Assembly: GCA_964016885.1 (NCBI GenBank)
Contig: OZ024740.1
Location: 62,248,001-62,312,000, forward strand
DNA: 64,000 nt
Direction of reading: 5' to 3'
Source of the DNA: Eledone cirrhosa
Lineage: Eukaryota
Shown here: positions 27,601 to 39,600 of the stretch, one piece after another
How positions within the stretch are numbered: position 1 is the stretch's first letter
Layout of the letters: each line of letters starts with the position of its first letter
Program-made: the position numbers and the translations under genes
Notes under the pieces: model-generated
What the model was told of the DNA's origin: nothing
Database searches by the model: none
What the model saw: only the letters and a program-made list of their open reading frames with translations

Positions 27601-30600
27601 GAGTCATGGGCACTGCCTTTCTCTCCCTGGCTAAACAGTTAAAAAAAAAACATACTTCAAACCATCAAAAGGTTATTCTATATTATTAGTCAGCCTTTGA
27701 AATATAGAAGCCAAATCTCTTTCAACAAAAATCCTACCATCAAATGGAAATCAAATGTTTTATATTTTAAATATTATCTAAGATATCCATAACTGTTGTG
27801 ACAACCAATTAAGTTATTTGATTGATTATGTTTGAATAAGTTTATTTAAGCAGAATTAACAGAAGCTATTCAACAATAATCTATTATAAATTGGCATCAA
27901 TGGACCTGACAGATATAGGCCTGGCCTGGGAGTAGCCATCTAGCAGGATTTGTAACTATACTGGGTGAAAATCTTTCACTGAAAGCTAAGATTTTCTCAT
28001 TATAACACCTGCAATAAGGAATGAAAGAAACATTTTTTTTTTTTAAATGTTAATTTGATTATCTTAATTTAACAAAAACATTTATAAGATTATATTTTTT
28101 CATATTATTAACTTCATCTTTGGACATGGAAACATATTCTAACATGTGTATTTAACACTATGCACTGTTTTAACTGTTTTCTAAATTGATATTTGTAAGG
28201 ACAATATTTTCAATTTAGTGTTTATTGTTTAGCAGTATTAGTTATAGATGTTATCGCCACTTTAGCAGGGTGGTAGAATCAGTGGTCGTTAGTTGCCAGT
28301 GTGGTAAGTGATAGTATCCTCGTTGGATTATCTTGTTGACATAGACGTGAGGGAAGGTCCCTCGATCTATTTACCATCTATTTACAATATTCCTTTCGTC
28401 AGGTCGCCAATTCCAGCAGCATGGATAAAAGATGTTATTGAGACACGAGTAACATAATAACGACTTCAACCGCAGTAATTAGAGATGAAATGTCTGTTTA
28501 TTTATATAGTTGAAGTTACAGGTAAAAAGAGGTTACAAAAGGGAATGTGCCATTGCGCCGTTAAGCCGGCGAGGCTAGGGGTGCAATATCTCACTGTTAC
28601 ATTATGCGTGTTGCTGGCTTGAAGTTTCCGGTACCAGAGCGAGATTCTTCAAATCTTCGCGGGGAATTTCTTCCTCAGGGCGCGTAGGGATACATCCTCT
28701 TCTACTGGCGCTGATTGGCTGAACTGAGCCAAATCACGCACAGAGAATGTATGTGAGCCCGCGGAATGTAGGTCACTACAATTGTTTTGTCATTTTATTT
28801 TTTTACTTTAAAGGTCCTTAAAAGTGGTAACAACCTAAAGAATCCAGATGTAGAAATCCAACAACGTTCTATGGAGTATTTACAGCTCAGTACTGTGGCC
28901 ACTGCTGATGTCTTGGTAAGAACAATCTCAGTTTTTTTTAATTCATATTTTATTTGTTTTCTAAATGTAGAAAACATTAAAACCATAATTTTTGCATCCA
29001 TTTTTCCATGCTTGTATATGTTAGACAATTTCTCTTCAAAACAATGTTTTTCACTTGTGTCCCTTCCCCATCTTATTTGTGACATTCAACATCTTCAAAT
29101 CAGCTTTCACCACTTCTGCCAAAGTCTTCCTTGGTATTCTATTCCACAGCTTTCTTCCTCTTGGAACTCCTGACACTTCTTAACCAAGCTCTCATCATCC
29201 ATATGTACATCATGTCCATACTGGTATTATCTTTGTTGCACACATCTCATTCCCCATACATCTAGTTTCTCTCTCATCTCACCTGTGCTTTGTTGTTCAT
29301 GCTCACTAACGTTACATATCCAACTTTCACACACTCTTTGCATTCAATATATATGTACCATGCGACGTTGCAGAATATATACAAACATCTTACAATTTAC
29401 CTTTTGTTCAGGGAGAGAATCCTATTGCTGCTAATTTAAACAATTACACAGATCACAGTTAATTACTAAATATGAGTTTAATCAATTTGTAATGCTAATG
29501 TGGTGAAAATCGTCATCAGTTTTATGTCTGCTTTTCTAAGTTGACATGGGTTGGATGATGAGACTTTTTGTCACAGCTTTTATTATAGTTGTATGCCCTT
29601 CCTTTATTTCACCCTTTCAAAGTTGATAAAGTACTAGTCCACTGCTGGTTCATCTCTCTCTTGCTCTCTCTCTCTCATGGCTTGGATGTTCCACTAGATC
29701 AAGGAAAAGAGGGTTGAAAGGAGGTTATCTGAGTCTGCTCATAACTAAATTAGCACCTAAAACCCTCAGTGAAAGCATGGTACATTCTACAAGTCATACT
29801 CAATTTAAAGAGTTTAATAAATTTACTATTCTCATTTTAACTTGGTATATTGTTGTTTTGTTAATCAGGCTACTGTTTTGGAAGAAATGCCTCCATTCCC
29901 TGAACGTGAGTCTTCAATTTTGGCTAAACTGAAGAAAAAGAAACCATCAAGTGTACCAGAAACAGCAGAAATAAAGGAACATAAGCACATACCTCAGGCC
30001 CAGATCAGTAACAATTTGGAACATGCTAGCTCACCTCCATCATCACAGGTCTGCTTTAAAAAACTCTACTTCCTTTTTTTTCTTTTTTGACTCTTAATAT
30101 CCTGTAATGTTTTAGCAGAAAATATCTAAAAATGGTGTCATAGGATTGTTAATTAATTTGTTTATACTCTTTTTCAATAAATGAAAGGCTTTAATTTTTA
30201 ACCCTTTAGCATTTAAAGTGGCCGTATCCGGCCAAAATTTTCTCACCTCTTTTTGTTCAAACCAGCTGTAACTGGCTGCTCATACTTATTGTTCTCAAAA
30301 TAAATAATATCAAAATCCCATGATTCAATATTATGTGAGGTAAAGCCTTTACCATGAAAATATAATAATATAGATAGAATAATGTAAAGGCTAAAGTGTT
30401 AATGTCATGCAGTCATAGTGTTGTTTTTTGTACTTTCCAAGAATTTCTTGCTAATGATGTTTCATATGGTACACAATGTTAAGAGTTAAATGTTATATCT
30501 TTGTAGAGATAGTTGTATAAACATGGAGCAGACTAAAGTGTTAGCTGTTAGCACAGACAAACTGCTTCATTCTCTCTCTCTCTAATCACTTTACTTTCTG

Positions 30601-33600
30601 TTAATCGATTTAAAACCAAATTTACTCTGTAAAGTTATAAAATATTAATAGATGCAACCCATGCACGCCGTATAACATGGGATTCTTTTTGAGGCAAGCT
30701 TTTACAGCCAAAAGCCCTTCCTGGCAACAACACTTTTAGCCACTTTGTATGACATGCAGAAAAATCGTGTACCTATTCTAAATTGAATATACACAGTAAT
30801 AATTAAAGCAAAATCTAATGAGAAGTAATTTTTCAAAACTAAGAAATACCACTCACAACATATCATTTTAGTTATCTCACTAACTTTTACAATACATATT
30901 AGTAAACATTTCTGAATATTTTCACTGATTTTCTTTCTATTCTAAATAATTATAGATGTATTAGAAAGATGGAAAATATTGGTGCTTTTTATTTCAGATT
31001 CTTTTAGTGGAGAAAATTGTTTTAAAACACTTGTTACATGTGTTGTATAAGAATCTGAAATAAAAATGCACCAATATTTTCCATCTTTCTAATACCTCTT
31101 TTTGAGGCCATGTTTTTCTGCCGGTGCCTTTGCTGGGACCTATTGTTCTAGTTGCCTCTTACAACATGCAGAAATATGGTATACCTAAACTGCATATTTT
31201 ATAGCATCTAATGAGAAGTCATTTTTCAAAACTAGGAAATTTTCTCAACAGATTCTTTTAGTTATCTAACTTTTACAATGCTTTATTGTAAAGCATTTCT
31301 GAATATTTTTGCTAATTTTCTTTTTATTTTAAGTTAGTTTTGTATTGGAATTAATGGTTTAACAGTTCTTCATAAAATATCCTTTGTGAGATAGATTGTT
31401 ATAGTCTCTTTTATTGTTTCACAGGGCAAATTTAAAAAAAGGGTAAGTCTGAGCACTACAGCCCCTCACTACCTGCATAGTGTTGGATTAGATCCCAGTT
31501 TAGCTAAACTACTTTTAATGTAGATATTATTTAGAAATATTTTCTTGATCTGCATCAATATTTTCTCTAATTGTATTTGTGTGTTTCAATTCATTTAATC
31601 ACTATTTTGAATACTCTAAGATTGTTAGATGTTTTTTGAGAATTATGAAATATATATTTTCTTTTGAAACATTTGATTCTTAAGGTGGTGTAAAGTCCAT
31701 ATAGGTAATATTGAAGTTGTAGTGTTAGGAGAGAACATTATTGAAAACTTTCTTTGTTGTACTCTAGTCCCCTTTTTTACTTTAAAATGTGTCATCAATT
31801 ATTTTTATCTTTACATCAAACCCAGTCATGGATATGAATGCCCGATTGTTGAAATGTGATAGTACTGGTTCCACAATAAAATGTGTTCAGTGCTCTTCCC
31901 ACACTGGAATGTGGAAATGCTGGTGTCACAATAAAATGCACTCGGTTCACTCTATAAAGTGGTAGTGCTGGTGCCATGAAATAAATGCATCCAGTCCACT
32001 CTGTCATGTAGTAGTTATGGTGCCATGAGAAAATGAACCTGGTACACTCTGGGAAGTGGTGGACATTAAGAAAGGCATCTAGCCATAGACCTGCATGTCT
32101 AGCCTTAGAGCCTGACAACCCATCTAACCCATACAAGCATGGAAAATAGATGTAAAAAGGTGATGATGAAGTGAACATGCTCTAGAAAGAGTTCTATACA
32201 ATTATCCATGAAAAAATACTGGTTCACTTCCATCTATCTTTCCATTGCAATTATACTATTAAAATCAATGAAAATGTATTGAAAGAATAATGCATACAAC
32301 AAACACTTTAATCACAGATATAATCTATCTATAATATCATTTTGCTATATGTTGGTAACATTTTAACAAATTTTAGTATATTTTCCTAACTTGGAAAAGT
32401 GTATATAGCTGTACTTGACTCCATAGTGTTAATGAACCAAGTAGAGCAGGTGTCCCACTATTGACCTTCAGATACTAAGTAAATATATCACTAATATATA
32501 TAACTACTGAACCACCTATTATATATATCCGCCGAGGTTAACTTTACCTTTCATCCTTACGGGGTCGATAAAATAAAGTACCAGTAATACACTTGGTAAT
32601 TGCTGGCCTTGTGCCAAAAGTAGAAACAATTATTAAGGCCAGTTACTACAACAGCACCATACCAGCTACATATGTTTCATTAACCCTAAGGACCAACTTG
32701 TTCAACCTGTGCCAATGAAAATGAACTGCCACAGCTTAAACATGTTGCTCCTCAGAGCTAACAAAATGTACGTACCTGGTATGGCGCCTTTGTAGTAACT
32801 GGCTTTAATGATTATATTCAAACCTGCCCTCTTGACTTGAGTCAATATCTTGGATATTTTTACCTACCTATTATTACTATATATATATATATATATCACA
32901 CATTTAATTTTAAATATTTATTTCTCAATAGATTGTCTTAAGAATAATGTAAATGATGTGTGTCTAAAATAGATTGCGTCTTCTATTTCATTCCATAGTT
33001 TATCAATCATCTTATGAATAAATGTTGTGTCTTATACTAATATATTATGTCTTCTATTTCATTCCATAGTAAGTGTTACATACATTGACTGTAGAAAAAT
33101 AATATTATATATGCTTTTTATTTCAGCATTCCACTCCTAGCAATACAGGTGTCTCTATAGATCTTCTTGGGCTGGGATCTTCTACACCTTCCACTATAAA
33201 TAAGCTAGGATCAGCAAGTGGTCTGCTGGTTGATGTTTTTGCTGATAATTATCCTACTGCATCAAATGGCTTAGAATCATCCGGACTAACGTTGGGGGCA
33301 GATGAAAGTTTTAAAAAGTATGTATTTTTGTTTGTTTGTAAAGCATTTACTATTACTTTCTTTTAATAGTAATAAATAATAATATCATACTATCATTTTC
33401 ATAACAATTTCAAAACAATTAAAGACATTGCTGATCCTTGGTCTTGGCTTTGGATTAGGCCAGGTTGGATTGAAAAAAGCACAGAGGCTATTATTACTGC
33501 TGCACACAACCAGGTACTCAGAACCAATTAGGTAAAATCTAACATCGATGGATAGAATTGCTCCATACTTTGCATAGTATGTCATAAAGCAGACGAATCT

Positions 33601-36600
33601 GTGGCACATATTGCTAGTGGCTGTGAGCAATTAGCAAAAAGATGTTATAAAATCTAGCATCATCTTATAGCAAAAAAAGTCCATTGGGAGTTGCGCAAAA
33701 AGTACATCATCAAAATGCGATGTCAGCGGTATGAACATACACCTCTTGAATCCTACCTGTCGGGAGTTTTGAGACATCAAGATCACAAACAAAGTCCAAC
33801 ACAACTACCCTTATATTATTGTAAAAACAAACAACTCCAAAAATTGACTTTAATTGATATTGCGGTCAGTCCCTCAAGACCACAATGTGACTGAAAAGGA
33901 AATGGAAAAGCTCAATAAGTATGCAGATCTTGCAGGCGCTATTAAAACTGAACATCATGTAGAGACAGATGTGCCAACCGCCATTGGGGTGTTAGGCACG
34001 GTCTCTAAACTCTTTACATCTTTCTTCCAAAGCCTTGAGATTCCTGACTTCGTAGGCAGTGCCCATATTTCTACCATCACTAGCACTGTTAGAATCCTGT
34101 GTGATATATTGAGCCTCTAAGATCAAGGTGCATTTTATTGTGGTGGCCATTATGACAAAAAAAATAAATCCAAACCTTTGATATTAAGGAGATAAATAGT
34201 TGCTCCAAATGAAGTTATTTGATAAACTGAGCTCAGATGGAGCAACAAGTTAATTGGATTACTTATTTTCATTGAAAAGCAGTTTTGAGTCTTTTACCCT
34301 TTTGATATTAAACTATCTGAAAATGCCTCAGATTCTACAATATGAAACTGAAACCTTCCTTCATCGTTTTATATATAAACCTTTGTTATGTTCCAAACAC
34401 CAGCTTAATAATGAGAAAACTAGTTAAATATTAGTTATATTACTATCCAAATTCTTGATTGTTTTCAAAATTATTTTAAAATCACATGCAGTGTCTTTCA
34501 TTAGAACTATAGCAATGAAAGCATTAGACATCTATCGCAACAAACATTTTGAGGTCATTTGTTTCTGCTAAAGCCTCTATCATCAACATTTCCCACACTT
34601 GTCCCCTAGCTTTAATTTCTTTCTCCATCATCTTTTTAACCGTGTCTTTCTTGGTCTTTTACTTCCTTCTACATTAATTTTCTCCTCTGCTTGTTACTTT
34701 TATCATTTCTCAATTCATGACCCAACCATCTCATTCTATTTCTCTTCACAACATTCATTACATATCTATATCACAAGTTGTATGAAAATATTTCATGTCT
34801 TTAAAAAACAAAATCTGTATTGGATATGATATATATATATTCTTTTCTTTCTTCACAGATTTATCTGTAAAAACAATGGTGTGCTTTTTGAAAACGACCT
34901 TTTGCAGATTGGAGTTAAATCTGAATATAGACAGAACTTATGCCGATTAGGAATGTTTTACGGAAACAAGACATCATTCCATTTCACAGCTTTCTCCGTT
35001 GATATAGAATGTTCAGATAAAATTAGCAATCATATCCTTTTATTTACATAATATATATTATGAAAGGTATAGATGGGCCCATATACAATATGTTTATATA
35101 TATATAAACATACATATAGTCTTGCTGTATTTTAAGCCATGGTTATATCATAGCTACCTCATGACTACTGATGTAGCTGTGACATCACAAGAAGACTATG
35201 TGTATATTTATTATACATACCCATATTGTTAGTACCATCACTAAATATGAATTATTTATCCCCAAGATATTTTTTTCAATTGTTCTTTTAAATTGTTGAT
35301 TGATTTCCTTAACTACTAGTACAGTTGGTTATACAACCCAAACCTGTTGGAACTGTAATAGAAGGAGGAGCTCAAGTCCAACAGATATTCAACATAGAAT
35401 GCATCGAAGAGTTTACTGAATCACCAATTGTTCACATAAAATTCATGTAAGTACTTATTTAGGTGGTAAATTGGCAGCCATTAGAATGTTGGATGGAATG
35501 TTTTGTGGTATTCATTCTGATTCTTTGTGTTTTCTGTGCTCAAATCCCACCAAGGTCAACTTTGCCTTGCATATTTTCAAGACTGGTAAAAGAAAAAATA
35601 CCAGCATGGTACTAGGATTGATTCTTTCACAATATTTCCTCACTCCCCCTCACTCTCTCTCTTTCTCAAATCAACTATGTTCAGAAAAATTATGTGGGTT
35701 ATAATTCCTGATTCTAAAGGGGATTTAGTTTTAGTGAGGGGAAAAGGTAACTTCTATGTGATCACTCAACCTGCTAGAAATAGCAGCCAATCCATCCCTA
35801 TTAGTCTTTAAAAAGGACATATTGCATAAAGTAGTTCTGGAATGCCAATTAATATATATTGTATAATTACATGCAATTATAAGAATTTCTATATCTACAG
35901 TTATATAAGTCTACTTCATGTAAAATGCAACCTGAGCTATGAGCAATACTGATAGGTTTGTCACAGTGGAACATTTCAGTACTGGGTAAAATTTTAAATA
36001 CTTTTTTTTAGTAAATAAGTATTAGTAATAAATAGATTATTTGGCTAAATTCTTTCGGCTGTCTCTATAAACTGTCCCTAGTTTCCTTGTTCTTTTGTAC
36101 ATAGCCACCTAAAAATAGCAAGAAAAATCACTTAAAATGCATAATATAAAGATTGGAAGATACATTTGCTTTCGTTCATACCTGACTATGTTACTCATTG
36201 CTATAGTTCTAATGAAAGACACTGCATGTGATTTTAAAATAATTTTGAAAACAATCAAGAATTTGGATAGTAATATAACTAATATTTAACTAGTTTTCTC
36301 ATTATTAAGCTGGTGTTTGGAACATGACAAAGGTTTATATATAAAACGATGAAGGAAGGTTTCAGTTTCATATTGCACTATGTTACTCATACCAGTATGT
36401 TCTTTTGTCCTGAGCTTGCCTCCTATGTAGCCTGGTTTCTTTCCTTTTGTGCTATATGAAAAGAAATACATCTACTATGTTTGCCACATAAAATCTATAT
36501 AAATGTATAATTAACAAGAATTTCTTTCCTTTCTCAAACTTGTATGCATCTTTGTTTATATGTGTTTACATCACTGAGGTATTGCTTGTTGAGTCCCTTT

Positions 36601-39600
36601 ATTTAGTTCAACAGCATATCTCAGCTGTGTCCCTTTGGACAAGATAGCAAAAGTGTTGCTATGAAGAACAATCAGCGATATCTGCTGTATCAGCCATTTC
36701 ACTTCATGGAGCTATAATTTCAGCCCAATTTAGGAAAGGAAGGCAACAGTCCAGCGACTGAGAACACAACATGAAAATAGATCTGTCATTCAAGCATTGG
36801 AAAATGAATATTCAACTTAATTGTAATAGTGATATCCTCTACACTGTGTTCTATAATCTTGGTATGATCATCATCACCATTTTACGGCCATTCTTCCACA
36901 CTAGCATGGGTTAGATGAGTTGTCCTGTTGTGGGCAATGCTAGGTCAGGTGACCATGTCTTGCTCATACAGAACTGATTCTGGCTTGGTTTCTACAGTTG
37001 GATGCCCTTCTTAATGCCAACCTCATTTACAGTGAGTACTGGGTGCCTTTTGTCGTGATGCCTACGCGGCCACTTTACAGCATGGACTAGGCACTTTTTG
37101 CAGTCTCACCATCATGACCACTTTACAGTGTGAGCTGGGGGCTTCACTGGATGCATTTACTTCGGCCTGTCCTCATGGAGAGGGTGGGGTAGAGCATATT
37201 GTATATATGCTTCAGCTTCGGCCCGTGCCTCTAGGAAGTCGGGTCTTCTGTATTTATTCCCTTTTCATGGTTGATATAAAAAAAAATTATGCCCTGGGTT
37301 ACTTTTGATTAACTGTACTTTTCCACTGCAAACTTCTGATCTTATGACATCATCACCATCATTTTTACACCTGTTTTTCCATACTTGCACGAGTTGGACA
37401 GATCTTCTCTAGCGTCACTGTCCTCCACTTGTGTTCCTTCCTCGGCATCTCTCTCAGGTTCAGTATTCTGAGATCATCTCTCATCACTTCTTCACTCAAC
37501 AGTCATCTTTCATATGCATTATGTGTCCATACCAATACAATCTTCACTTTTGCACACTGCATTAGATATGACATTGTGAAAAATTATTTTTATTGTCATC
37601 AGCACTATCACAATGTTCCAAAAATAATATTCTGAAATAAGTAAAATGTTATTATTTTATATTTCAGGTATAGCGGTGCTCAACAGAAAATCAGCTTAAA
37701 GTTACCTGTAACTCTAAACAAATTTATTGAATCAGTTGAAATGAACACCGAAATATTCTTTGCTCGATGGAAAGCACTCAATAAGTAAGTAAACTATAAA
37801 CTTGTGGCATGGGAGCAGTCTGTTGTTCTGTTAAACTTTCTTCACCTGTTCTCTCTCTTAACCCTTTAGTGTTTAAACCGGAATATCCAACCAGAATTCT
37901 CTCACCTCTTTCTGTTCAAACCGGCTGTAACCGGCCATTCATACTGATGTTAAGGTATTGTTCTCAAAATAAATAATATCAAAATCTCATAGATTCAATA
38001 TTATGTGAGATAATTATGTAAGGTAAAGCCTTTACCTTGAAAATATAATAGTAAATGTAGAGTAATGTAGATGCTAAAAGGATAAAGTTGCTATTCTAGT
38101 GACTTGTCTTGCTGTTAATTTTCATCCTTTCACTGTGATAAGAAGGGTTTCTACTCTGGTAATTTCTTTTCTTGAATGACTGTCTTGTGGAACTCTCTTC
38201 CTTCTTTTTGTTTCTCTGGTGGGTATAACCTTAACCCTTTCTTTACCATATTTTTAAATGAAACATACTGCCTATGATTTTCAAATAATTTTGAAAAAGA
38301 ATGGACAATTTCATAAAGGAATAATTATTATTGAACAAAGAAATAATTATTTATCTGTTGTTTTGAGCATAATTTAAAGGCGCTTACATGAAATTATGAG
38401 GGAAGATTTGTTAGGTAAATATAGACACTTTAATACAAACGGTTTGTATCATTAGTCAGGACGAGACGTACTAGACAACAGAAGAGGACTATCCTCAGGA
38501 GAAAAATATGGAAGCTAAAGGACACCACAGCCAAAAATAAATTCCAAAGCATATTACTTGATGCTTTCGACAGTGAGGAAGAGCAATTAGAGACGTACAA
38601 GGTAGAGGAACAGTGGGAATTCCTGAAAGCAAACCTGCTGACGGCGGCAGACGAAGTCTGTGGCTGGAGCAGGCCTGTAGGCAGGAGGAGAGTAACATGG
38701 TGGTGGAACAGTAAGGTGGAGGGGTCAATTAAGGCCAAAAAGCAGGCTTGGAAAGTATGGCGGGATGGGGGAAGCAGAGAAGACTATCAAGTGGCCAGGA
38801 GGGAAGCTAGGAGACAAGTGTACTTCGCAAGAAGGGAAGCAGAGGAAAGAAAGTTCAAGCATGTTCTACAACGTGAGGACCAAAAACGTGAGGTGTTCAG
38901 GATTGCTAGGCAATGTGTCAAGGAAAACAGTGATATTGTCGGGGAGAAGTGTGTACTTAACGATGACGGCGTACTTGCCATCACCGACGCCGATAAGAAG
39001 GTAGCTTGGAAGTGTCACTATGAAAGGCTACTAAATGAGGAGAATAAATGGGAGAAAGACAGTCTCCCCCACATCGACCCAATAGAGGGACCAGCAGTGT
39101 TAGTCGAGGGTAGTATAATAAGTAAGGCAATCAAAGATATGAAGACAGGCAAGGCGGCTGGGCCTTCGGAAATAGTTGCCGAGATGCTGAAGGCATCTGG
39201 TACGGTGGGACACACCATGGTCACCCGGATAGTCAAACAAGTCGTACAGAATGGGGTTGTTCCGAAGGACTGGCGTAGCAGCATTATCGTTAACTGTTAT
39301 AAGGGTAAAGGAGATGCCCTAGATAGGAGTAACTATAGAGGCATTAAATTAATCGACCAGGTCATGAAGGTCACGGAAAAAGTAATAGCGCAACTAATCA
39401 GAGAGCGAATTGATCTAGATGAAATGCAGTTCGGGTTTGTGTCAGGAAAAAGTACCACAGACGCTCTTTTCATTGTACGACAACTACAGGAGAAGTACCT
39501 AGCTAAAAGTAAACCCCTATACTTAGCTTTCGTCGACTTGGAGAAGGCCTTCGACAGAGTCCCCCGTTCCATTATCTGGTGGGCTCTTAGAAAACTAGGT

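Larger units (their letters stand above)
34338..36375. repeat. Inverted repeat pair with 181-bp arms (34338-34518 and 36195-36375)
   Basis: Arm 2 is the reverse complement of arm 1 with one mismatch. Confidence 0.9.
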
